NCBI GenBank assembly: GCA_038279365.1 | Contig: JAYODI010000096.1 | Span: 1 to 20,527, forward strand | Direction of reading: 5' to 3' | DNA from: Candidatus Latescibacterota bacterium | GTDB lineage: Bacteria; Latescibacterota; UBA2968 | DNA length: 20,527 bases | Shown here: positions 8,130-16,399 of the stretch, one piece after another | Numbering within the stretch: position 1 is the stretch's first letter | Layout of the letters: each line of letters opens with the position of its first letter | The notes under the pieces: model-generated | What the model saw: the letters and a program-made list of their open reading frames with translations, nothing else | Databases searched by the model: none | Told to the model about the DNA's origin: nothing | Translations under genes and position numbers: made by a program

Positions 8130-9886
8130 CGAATAATTCCTTTACCTTCTTGGACCGTTCTGATTTTATTGGTCAATTTTTTCACGTGATCTTTTGACAA
8201 TTTTTCCACCAGGCCACTGGGCCAACGAATTTCAACAGCATCGACCTGTTGTGTTTTGCCAATGCCAAAATGCAATCGAAAGGTGCTTTGTCCAGCATAT
8301 CCATTGCCCCCATTTACTTCTCGCAAATAGGTCTCACCATCAGCCGTCAATATCACCCGAGCCCCCACAGCATTGCGATTGGATTTTGTGCCGACCAACT
8401 TCAATTCGACCCAATTTCCCGGATTAACAGGCATCCCATGAAAAAACAGCGTGGGCTGGTTGGCATTGGTCTGATAGATATCCAACATCCCATCATTATC
8501 AAAATCGCCAACCCCAATACCGCGTCCATCCAAATCATTGTCTACCCCAGCCTCAGCACCGATTTCCTTAAAACTACCATCTGCCAAATTGTGGAACATT
8601 CGCTGTTTTTGGTACCCACTCCAAGTCATTGTGCCAATATCGGGATAATTGTTCATATCTGAAAAATCAACATTGGGCGTAATAATCATCTCCAGCAGCA
8701 CAGGGATATAATTCATCTCACCCGCCGAACGCAATCCATTGACCACAAACAAATCTTCCCAACCATCGTTGTCAAAATCACCAAACTTGCCCGCCCAACC
8801 CCAATCGGTATCACACGTGCCCGTTTCACGAGACAAATCGAGAAAGGTGCCATCTCCATTGTTGTGCCACAACATGTTGCACTCTTTCATATATTCATCG
8901 GTAATATTTGTCACATAAATATCCAGCCAACCATCGCGATTGTAATCGCCCATATCCACATTCATGCCCTTGCGGGTATCAAAGCCAATCGCACTTTCTG
9001 TCACTTCTTCAAAAATGCCTGTGCCATCGGCTTTGTTAAAAAACATACGATCTGTGCCATAATCCCCGGCAATATAAACATCTTGCCAACCATCATTGTT
9101 TAAATCGGCGTGTCCCAAATCCAATGTCCACCCCGTGTGTTCAATAAAACCCGCTTTTTCCGTCATCTCTTCAAACCCACGCGTGCCATCTTTTTTCTTC
9201 ACATTGTGCCAAAACGTAACCCCACCCCCATTGATTGCATAATCGAGGTTGTTGGGCAACACATGTGGGGTATGGAGATCGAGCAAATTTTTGGGCTGAA
9301 AATAATTGCCCAACATCAAATCAAGCCACCCGTCATTGTCTGCATCAAAAGCAATCACCGCAATGGTATTGCCAAATTTTGTCAACCCAGTGGCTTTGCT
9401 CACATCTTTAAACGAATAAACACCCTTTTTATTGGGTCCATTGTTTCGATAAAGAATCGGCGTGCCAAAACGCGCCACCAACAAATCGAGATGTCCATCG
9501 TTGTTATAATCAAACCAAAGTGCATCGGCACAAATTGACAGCGGATCATTGCCACCTGCCACACCGAGTTTTTTGGCAACATCTGTAAATGTCAAATTGC
9601 CATTGTTGTGCATCAAATGGTGCGATTTTCCTTCATCAGAATCGACCACAAACAAATCGTCAAACCCATCGTTGTTATAATCACCAACCGCCACAGCCGC
9701 CCCACCATCGGTAAACATCTCCAATACTTGGGCTTTGTGTCGGGTGCCAAACTTGCGCGTTGCATGCACAAATCTAACGCCTGCTTTTTCACCTATTTCC
9801 TCAAACTTGGGAGCAGTTAACTGGGCCGATGCATTTCCGATACCCAAGAACAATCCCACAAGGGCTACTATGATCACGCGTTTCAA
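8126..9886 (-). CDS. Exported CRTAC1-family protein (FG-GAP repeats + ASPIC/UnbV domain)
   Basis: FG-GAP motifs (DYNNDGFDDL, DYNNDGHLDL, DADNDGWLDL, DLNNDGWQDV, DYNRDGWLDI, DFDNDGWEDL, DFDNDGMLDI) and a UnbV-like C-terminus (SNRNAVGARV...GNGYAGQSTFRLHFGIG...IRWPSG). Start placed at TTG 9886 (AAGGAGG at 9891-9897, TTGA overlap with upstream stop), giving signal peptide MKRVIIVALVGLFLGIGNASA. The ORF track starts at 9904. Confidence 0.88.
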   Translation of the reverse strand: MKRVIIVALVGLFLGIGNASAQLTAPKFEEIGEKAGVRFVHATRKFGTRHKAQVLEMFTDGGAAVAVGDYNNDGFDDLFVVDSDEGKSHHLMHNNGNLTFTDVAKKLGVAGGNDPLSICADALWFDYNNDGHLDLLVARFGTPILYRNNGPNKKGVYSFKDVSKATGLTKFGNTIAVIAFDADNDGWLDLMLGNYFQPKNLLDLHTPHVLPNNLDYAINGGGVTFWHNVKKKDGTRGFEEMTEKAGFIEHTGWTLDLGHADLNNDGWQDVYIAGDYGTDRMFFNKADGTGIFEEVTESAIGFDTRKGMNVDMGDYNRDGWLDIYVTNITDEYMKECNMLWHNNGDGTFLDLSRETGTCDTDWGWAGKFGDFDNDGWEDLFVVNGLRSAGEMNYIPVLLEMIITPNVDFSDMNNYPDIGTMTWSGYQKQRMFHNLADGSFKEIGAEAGVDNDLDGRGIGVGDFDNDGMLDIYQTNANQPTLFFHGMPVNPGNWVELKLVGTKSNRNAVGARVILTADGETYLREVNGGNGYAGQSTFRLHFGIGKTQQVDAVEIRWPSGLVEKLSKDHVKKLTNKIRTVQEGKGIIR

Positions 9887-10626
9887 GGCGCCTCCTTTTC
9901 CCACAAAACCGTCAAATCGGTATTCACACGTTTGCCAGGTTCAAAATGTGTTGTCAAAAACGCAGTTAAAGCCTCGTCATCTAAAGACAACCGCTTTTTC
10001 AATGCGTCATTATTGGGAAACTTTTGAATGGCATCTTGCCAAATTTCACGTGCTTTGGCCAAATCGTCTAACCGCCAATAGGCTTCGCCCAAACCGATAT
10101 AAGGACGCACGTGAACACTGAGCAATTTATCGGCCTTTTCTGAATGTACAATGGCCTGTGTCAAATCATCAATGGCCTTGGGGGTCCGGCCAAAAATAGC
10201 CGGCCAATACAAATAGCTGTTTCCCCGCGTATAACGCCCCAACCACGTATCTTCCAATGCCAAAGCGGTGCTAAAATGCCCCAACGCCGTATTGGCCAAC
10301 AAAACCTGCGTGATCGCCCCTTCAATGGGAATTTTATCTACAAAAGCATATCCATAATTCATCCACGCATTGGGTGCTTTGGGATTTTCGGCGGTCAGGT
10401 TTTCAAAAAATGCAATACACCGGTTATATGTCTCAACCTTATTCACCCCAACCACCGCCTGACGATAATCATTGCCAGTCTTCAAATCATTTGGCTTCAT
10501 TTTTAATGCCGCTTCAAATTTATCCAATGTAGCAGCAACATCAACCGCAGTTGTTTTGTCATTTTCGGCTCGTGCCATACCGACCGTTATGACCATTAAC
10601 ATCACCATATAAAACAATCTTCTCAT
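9883..10626 (-). CDS. Exported tetratricopeptide-repeat protein
   Basis: Signal peptide ending A-R-A (MRRLFYMVMLMVITVGMARA). TPR-like helices (PYIGLGEAYWRLDDLAKAREIWQDAIQKFPNN; NAWMNYGYAF). Fits exactly between two CRTAC1 genes. Confidence 0.8.
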   Translation of the reverse strand: MRRLFYMVMLMVITVGMARAENDKTTAVDVAATLDKFEAALKMKPNDLKTGNDYRQAVVGVNKVETYNRCIAFFENLTAENPKAPNAWMNYGYAFVDKIPIEGAITQVLLANTALGHFSTALALEDTWLGRYTRGNSYLYWPAIFGRTPKAIDDLTQAIVHSEKADKLLSVHVRPYIGLGEAYWRLDDLAKAREIWQDAIQKFPNNDALKKRLSLDDEALTAFLTTHFEPGKRVNTDLTVLWEKEAP

Positions 10627-10641
10627 ACCTTATTCATCTCC

Positions 10642-12375
10642 CTATTTATTTCCATTTTTGGGTTTAAACGGTTTCAAGGTTTTTTTACCTTCTGTCATGC
10701 GATAGATCTGGTTGGATGAGATATTTTTAAATGTTTGTTTTTTACCCGAAGGCCATACCACCTCAACCGCTTCGACCAACGCCACATCACCCAGCCCAAA
10801 ATGAACCCGCATCGTGCTTTGGCTTGCAAACCCATTTCCCCCATTGACAAATCCCACATGCCGTTGTCCATTTGCCAAAACCCACACCCGAGTACCCACC
10901 GGTGAAGCATGGCCAGCCTCCAACACAAACTGTATCCAGTGGTTGTTGGTCGGTTGCACATTTTGAAACAAAAACCCTTTGGCATTGGCATTAGACACAT
11001 ACATATCGAGCCGACCATCATTGTCAAAATCAGCAACCGCCACACCGCGGCCATCCAGCTTAGAATTGACGCCGTGGCGTTTGGCCTCATTTTTGAACAA
11101 ACCACCTTGGTTGTGAAACAAACAATTTTCTTGATATCCACTCAGCGTTTTATCGCCCATTGGGGGCCAATTGCGCGCATCAGACAAATCGATATTGGGC
11201 TGTACAATCAATTCAAAAATATCCACCACATAATTGGCCTTGCCCCCAGACACCCAACCATTTACCACATACAAATCTTGCCAACCATCGTTGTCATAAT
11301 CAAAAAATTTGCCTGCCCAGCCCCAACCTGTGTCAAATGTGCCCGTTTCACGCGACACATCGGCAAATGTGCCATCGCCATTGTTTTGCCACAAAAAATT
11401 ACCTTCGCGCATGTATTCATCTGTAATGTTGGTCACAAACATGTCGAAGAGTCCATCGTTGTTGAAATCACCCCAATCGGCATTCATACCCTTTTTGGTA
11501 TCAATACCAATCGCCTCCTTTGTCACATCGACAAAGGTGCCATTGCCAGTGTTTATAAAAAAGCGATCTGTGCCAAAATCGGCCGCAACATACAAATCTT
11601 CATCGCCATCGTGATCCACATCGGCATGGCCCAAATCCAATGTCCACCCCGACAACTGCAAACCGGCCTTTTCGGTCACGTCTTCGAAGATGCCGCCATT
11701 GTTGCGATAGAGCATCACACCGCCACCATTATTGGCTGTTTCAAAACTTTCGGGGAAAAAATTGGGCGTAGACGGATTGAACAAATCAACCGGTTGAAAA
11801 TAATTGCCCAAAACCAAATCTTGATCCCCGTCCAAATCGTAATCAAATGCAATGGCCACAATACTATTGAGATACGGAATACCCAAACCCACCTTTTTGG
11901 TCACGTCTTGAAACGTACCATCGCCTCGGTTTTCATACAAAATATTGTGACCAAAACGAAGCACCAACAAATCGGGTCTTCGATCGCCATTATAATCAAA
12001 CCACAAGGCATTGGCCGATGCATTGGTCGCATCGTTGCCATTTGACACACCTGCTTTTTCACCCACCTCGACAAAGGTAAAGTTGCCATTGTTGCGATAC
12101 AGTTTATTTTTGCCCGTCTCTTTCGAATCGGTCAAAAACAAATCTTCAAATCCATCCCCGTCATAATCGGCCACAGCAACCGAAGCCCCCAAAGCCGTAT
12201 ACCCTTCCATGATGCTGCCATAAACATTGTTGAACGACCGATTGTTATGTTTAAAATCGATCCCTGCTTTGGCGGCAACATCTTGAAACCAGGCTGTTTC
12301 TTCGGCATGGGAGGTGCCAACAATGACCCACCCAACCGCCATCAACACAATCATCCAAAACCTAGTGATGCCCAT
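10642..12375 (-). CDS. Exported CRTAC1-family protein (FG-GAP repeats + ASPIC/UnbV domain)
   Basis: FG-GAP motifs (DYDGDGFEDL, DYNGDRRPDL, DYDLDGDQDL, DVDHDGDEDL, DFNNDGLFDM, DYDNDGWQDL, DFDNDGRLDM) and a UnbV-like C-terminus (GNGFASQSTMRVHFGLG...VVWPSG). Start placed at ATG 12375, 4 nt after the upstream stop, giving a signal peptide ending TSHA. The ORF track starts at 12417. Confidence 0.88.
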   Translation of the reverse strand: MGITRFWMIVLMAVGWVIVGTSHAEETAWFQDVAAKAGIDFKHNNRSFNNVYGSIMEGYTALGASVAVADYDGDGFEDLFLTDSKETGKNKLYRNNGNFTFVEVGEKAGVSNGNDATNASANALWFDYNGDRRPDLLVLRFGHNILYENRGDGTFQDVTKKVGLGIPYLNSIVAIAFDYDLDGDQDLVLGNYFQPVDLFNPSTPNFFPESFETANNGGGVMLYRNNGGIFEDVTEKAGLQLSGWTLDLGHADVDHDGDEDLYVAADFGTDRFFINTGNGTFVDVTKEAIGIDTKKGMNADWGDFNNDGLFDMFVTNITDEYMREGNFLWQNNGDGTFADVSRETGTFDTGWGWAGKFFDYDNDGWQDLYVVNGWVSGGKANYVVDIFELIVQPNIDLSDARNWPPMGDKTLSGYQENCLFHNQGGLFKNEAKRHGVNSKLDGRGVAVADFDNDGRLDMYVSNANAKGFLFQNVQPTNNHWIQFVLEAGHASPVGTRVWVLANGQRHVGFVNGGNGFASQSTMRVHFGLGDVALVEAVEVVWPSGKKQTFKNISSNQIYRMTEGKKTLKPFKPKNGNK

Positions 12376-12379
12376 ACCT

Positions 12380-14812
12380 TTACCCTTCTGCACCGTCAAT
12401 TCGATACACTTTTTCAATCAATTCATTTTGGCTTTCTTTAATTTCATAAAGTTTGTTGGGCGCCACATTTTCAAAGCGCTGTTCAATGCCCGAACGCGGC
12501 CAACGCACAATGATCTCATCAATGCCATCATGCTCACCCAACCCAAAGTGCAACCGCAATGTGCTTTGGGCACCATATCCATCGCCCAAAATCACCTCAC
12601 GCAGCAATTGCATCTGACCCGATTTTAAAATCACACGTGCACCCACCCCGTCGCGATTGCTGCCCTTTTCAATCTCACTTGCAGCACCCACCAACTTAAA
12701 CTGCACCCAATTGCCACTGGATGCAATCTCATTGCGCAACAGCGCATGACGCGCCGTTGAGGCTGCAACCGCCAAATCCATTACCCCACGATTCCAAAAG
12801 TCGGCCACGGCGGTGCCACGGCTATTGAGCTCCAAATCGGCACCATAACCCCGCCCGATCTCTTTGAATGTGCCATCGCCGTTGTTACGCAAATAACGAT
12901 TGCGCTCCCAACCATGCCATGAACGCGAACCAAAATAGTTGGGATCAAACAAATAACCCGTTTTGTAAAGCTTTTGTTCACTCACCACATTGTTCAAAAA
13001 ATCCAGTTCAATCTCTGTGCCTTTTTCATTGTAAACCCACCCATTGGCCGCATACAAATCTTGCCACCCATCATTGTCAAAATCCACCATATTGGTGCCC
13101 CAAAACCAACCCGGAGGATTGGCATTGGCATGCCATGTCACATCTTCAAATGTGCCATCACCTTTGTTGCGCAACAGCGTATTGCCCGAAGCCATATCTT
13201 GAAAAACTTGCACAAACTGAAAACCTGATTGCTGTAATATTTGAAAATAAAGTGGCATATCCGTTATCCACACACCTTGCCGCCACGAATTGACCATATA
13301 TCGCAACACCGTTGGCCACTCGGCAAACCAACCTTCTTCAGAGCGAATGTGCGCTACATAAAAATCCAAATGCCCATCATTGTCATAATCGCCAATGGTT
13401 GAACTCATTCCGGCACCATAGGCCAATGTACCCGTCTCCACCGTCACATCATCAAATGTGCCATCGCCATTGTTTTTATACAGCGTTTTGCGACCAAAGT
13501 CATTCGACACATACAAGTCGGGATACCCATCGTCATTATAATCGCCAAATGCTGTGCCCAAACACAACCCCACTTCACCCACACCGGCTTCTTCTGTCAC
13601 ATTGGTAAACGTGCCATCACCATTGTTTTTATACAGCTGATTTGGCTGGCCATTACGCGCATAAAACGTAGTGGGAATCTGCTCGCGAGGTTCCAAATAA
13701 CGCCCCACATACAAATCGAGAAATCCGTCGTTGTTATAATCGGCCCAAGAAGCCACCGTCGTACAATTGTCAGGATCAATGCCCGATTGGGCCGTCACAT
13801 CGACATAACGATCGCCACGTTTTTCAAACAACTGATTGGGTTCAAACGTGCGACTCACAAAAAAGTCTTGATCGCCATCATTGTCATAATCGGCAAACAG
13901 CCCCACACTCACACCACTCAGGTTCGACAACCCCACCGATGCCGTCACATCGTCAAACTGTCCATTGCCCAAATTGCGAAACAACCGTGATGCCACACCG
14001 TCGGGCACAAACAAATCGCAAAACCCATCACCGTCATAATCGGCCGCCGTGATGCCCGCCGGACCATATCGCAACATGCCAAACTTGAGCTCTTGCGTGA
14101 GAAATTCAGGATAATATTCATTTTTAAAGTCAATGCCCGTAGCGGGTGCCACATCCACAAAAAGGGGACGAGAATTAATCACCCGATCACCTTCTATCAA
14201 TTCCACCTGTTGAATGAGATAGGAGGCTTCGTCATTGCGATCAAAATGTACCCGAAAAAGGGCCCGATCAATGCCCGCTTGCATCTCGCCTTTGGGTGTG
14301 CCAATTAATTCAAAACGCACAGTGGCCACCACATTGTCCGAGCCTTGCCAGTCTTCCAAACGATGAATGTAGAGCCCCACTTCTTCTATCGATTCAAACC
14401 CTTCCAAATAATCTCGCCACTGGGCAAGTGCAGCTTGTGGATGAGATATTTCACCGCCTGCTTGAAAGGCATAAATGCGCACCCCATCGCGATCATCTGT
14501 CAGTTTAAGATCATTGAGCCCCAGTGCGCGCCCTTTAAATGACGGTGCATAAAGGGATTCAACCGTGGCCAAATCGCGAGTTTGCATGGCCTTGGCCATT
14601 TTGCTCAACGTCACAACAGCTTCGCGTCCCGTATGAAAAAAGGCCCACCCCACCCGATCGATATAACTCACCGTAGCCCAATAAATCAAAAACAAAACAA
14701 CCGCCGCCCCTCCCAACCACCACTTGCGCGACAATTTTTTGCGAGTCGGTTCTGAACCATTCACATTTGCATTTTTCTCAGACCCTTGTGTGGGTTTTGT
14801 CGTTTCTGCCAT
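12380..14812 (-). CDS. Membrane-anchored CRTAC1-family protein with an extra N-terminal domain (possible SnoaL/NTF2-like fold)
   Basis: Basic stretch followed by a TM helix (RKKLSRKWWLGGAAVVLFLIYWATV), an insert of about 150 aa, FG-GAP motifs (DYDGDGFCDL, DYDNDGDQDF, DYNNDGFLDL, DYNDDGYPDL, DYDNDGHLDF, DFDNDGWQDL) and a UnbV-like C-terminus (SNRDGVGARV...LRLHFGLG...VRWPRSG). AAGGTG lies upstream of ATG 14812. Confidence 0.87.
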   Translation of the reverse strand: MAETTKPTQGSEKNANVNGSEPTRKKLSRKWWLGGAAVVLFLIYWATVSYIDRVGWAFFHTGREAVVTLSKMAKAMQTRDLATVESLYAPSFKGRALGLNDLKLTDDRDGVRIYAFQAGGEISHPQAALAQWRDYLEGFESIEEVGLYIHRLEDWQGSDNVVATVRFELIGTPKGEMQAGIDRALFRVHFDRNDEASYLIQQVELIEGDRVINSRPLFVDVAPATGIDFKNEYYPEFLTQELKFGMLRYGPAGITAADYDGDGFCDLFVPDGVASRLFRNLGNGQFDDVTASVGLSNLSGVSVGLFADYDNDGDQDFFVSRTFEPNQLFEKRGDRYVDVTAQSGIDPDNCTTVASWADYNNDGFLDLYVGRYLEPREQIPTTFYARNGQPNQLYKNNGDGTFTNVTEEAGVGEVGLCLGTAFGDYNDDGYPDLYVSNDFGRKTLYKNNGDGTFDDVTVETGTLAYGAGMSSTIGDYDNDGHLDFYVAHIRSEEGWFAEWPTVLRYMVNSWRQGVWITDMPLYFQILQQSGFQFVQVFQDMASGNTLLRNKGDGTFEDVTWHANANPPGWFWGTNMVDFDNDGWQDLYAANGWVYNEKGTEIELDFLNNVVSEQKLYKTGYLFDPNYFGSRSWHGWERNRYLRNNGDGTFKEIGRGYGADLELNSRGTAVADFWNRGVMDLAVAASTARHALLRNEIASSGNWVQFKLVGAASEIEKGSNRDGVGARVILKSGQMQLLREVILGDGYGAQSTLRLHFGLGEHDGIDEIIVRWPRSGIEQRFENVAPNKLYEIKESQNELIEKVYRIDGAEG

Positions 14813-14881
14813 AGGTCACCTTAATATTTAATGAATAGGATTGGGTTGCTGTGTGAATAAACCAAGAGACGGTTTTTAATC

Positions 14882-16399
14882 TTAAGACCGTGTGGCAGGA
14901 GGTGTCACACTCATACCCGAGGTCACGGCTTTGGCCACTTGCATGGCCGACACAATCACAGGCGTAATGCCCCCACCCGGTTGTGTCCAATGCCCTGTAA
15001 AAAAGAGGTTTTTTATAGGGCCTGTAATGCCCACACGGTGCTCACCAAGCTGATCGGGTGACATTTCCCAACCCAGCATGGCCCCTTGATAATTGCGTGT
15101 AAAACGATAGGATGTCTGCGCCGATGCACTCAACTTCACCACCATCTTTTGTTGAATACCCGGAACAATTTTTTCCAAATGATCCAAAATATAACGCTCA
15201 ACAGACGCCTTATGTGATGCCCAATCGGTCACTTTGTAATAATCCATATCCAGCACCTTTTGAATGATCATCACATGCCCACCCTTGGGTGCCATTTGAG
15301 GTTCAAAAAGCGTGGGGATAAAAATCTTAAACTTGAGCCCGTTTTGCGCCAACAAATTTGGATCCCATTCATTCCAATAATACCCCTGTATGTCATAAAG
15401 CGTTTTTGTCGGTACATCTTTTAAACCGATGTGCGTTAAAAAACAGGGGTGGGTGGGTCGCAACGAGCGTATATGGCGCACATAAGCAGGATCGACTTGG
15501 TCGCCATCCAACATATTTTCTAAAGTCTGCAATAAGTCGGCATTCGAAACGACCACAGGCGTTTGAACGCGTTTGGTAAAACGGTGTTGTTTGGGACCTG
15601 TTTCAATTTCAACACCACATACCCGATCCTTTTCAGATAGGATTTTTACAACACCAGACTGCATCAAAATATGGCCGCCACGCGCTTCGAAACACCGAGC
15701 CAACTCGTCGGCAAAAACCTGAGACCCACCAACGGGATAATAGTTGCCCAAAAAATACGATAGCCGAAGCATCGAATCAAAAACAAAAGACGTGCGATTA
15801 GGCGGAGAACCCCAATGCGGGCCATCGGCAACAAGAAGCAATTTGAGTTTTGGGTCTTCAAAATGTGTGTCGAGCACTTGGTCGACTGTGAGATTGCGAT
15901 AAGGATCGAGACGCGGCGTATCACGCCCGCGAAAAAAATAGAGCAAACCCAGTCGATAGGTTTCATTGACAACTTTGAAAAATCGATCCAGCGCAGATGC
16001 TTCTTTAGGGAATTCGGCTTTGAGTTTGGCAATATAGGTATCAAAATCGGCGGGTACTGAAAACTGGGAACCATCGGGAAATCGAAAATGGTCAACCGGA
16101 TCCATCTTGACCCAGTCTGTTGTCACACCCAATTCTCTAAGGAGTGTGCCAGTAATAGAAGAGGGATTGCCTAAGAGAGGATAAAAGTGGCTGGCCGCAT
16201 CAAACGTATATCCTTTGCGGCGAAAGGTGCTGCAATAACCACCAACGACATAATGTTGTTCCACCAAGAGCACATGCAAACCGCTTTTGGCAAGCAAATT
16301 GGCACACGTCAACCCACCAATGCCTGCACCAATGACCACCGCATCATACCGATCATTTGGCCCTTCGCGAAGTCGAAGCCCCTTGAAAGCGCGTTTCAT
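14882..16399 (-). CDS. FAD/NAD(P)-dependent oxidoreductase, phytoene desaturase (CrtI)/carotenoid isomerase/retinol saturase family
   Basis: N-terminal dinucleotide-binding motif (YDAVVIGAGIGG...LLVEQHYVVGGYCSTFRRKGYTFDAA), mid-protein YYPVGGSQVFADEL and VVSNAD, and C-terminal IKNLFFTGHWTQPGGGI. ATGA overlap with the upstream gene at 16396-16399. No export signal. Confidence 0.85.
   Translation of the reverse strand: MKRAFKGLRLREGPNDRYDAVVIGAGIGGLTCANLLAKSGLHVLLVEQHYVVGGYCSTFRRKGYTFDAASHFYPLLGNPSSITGTLLRELGVTTDWVKMDPVDHFRFPDGSQFSVPADFDTYIAKLKAEFPKEASALDRFFKVVNETYRLGLLYFFRGRDTPRLDPYRNLTVDQVLDTHFEDPKLKLLLVADGPHWGSPPNRTSFVFDSMLRLSYFLGNYYPVGGSQVFADELARCFEARGGHILMQSGVVKILSEKDRVCGVEIETGPKQHRFTKRVQTPVVVSNADLLQTLENMLDGDQVDPAYVRHIRSLRPTHPCFLTHIGLKDVPTKTLYDIQGYYWNEWDPNLLAQNGLKFKIFIPTLFEPQMAPKGGHVMIIQKVLDMDYYKVTDWASHKASVERYILDHLEKIVPGIQQKMVVKLSASAQTSYRFTRNYQGAMLGWEMSPDQLGEHRVGITGPIKNLFFTGHWTQPGGGITPVIVSAMQVAKAVTSGMSVTPPATRS

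Noticed and set aside
10909-12045. 378-aa plus-strand ORF
   Set aside because: It lies antisense to a well-supported CRTAC1 gene, has no recognisable motifs, and its Ile/His/Gln-rich composition is what a shadow frame yields.
121-14100. Recurrent short DNA motifs such as CCATCGTTGTCATAATC and CCATTGTTGCGATA as a repeat array or CRISPR
   Set aside because: They are irregularly spaced, degenerate, and encode the DYDNDG and YRNNG motifs of FG-GAP repeats.
8126-14812. Calling the locus an enediyne cluster because of the UnbV domains
   Set aside because: No iterative type I PKSE, thioesterase, UnbL or UnbU gene is visible, and ASPIC/UnbV domains are widespread outside enediyne clusters.
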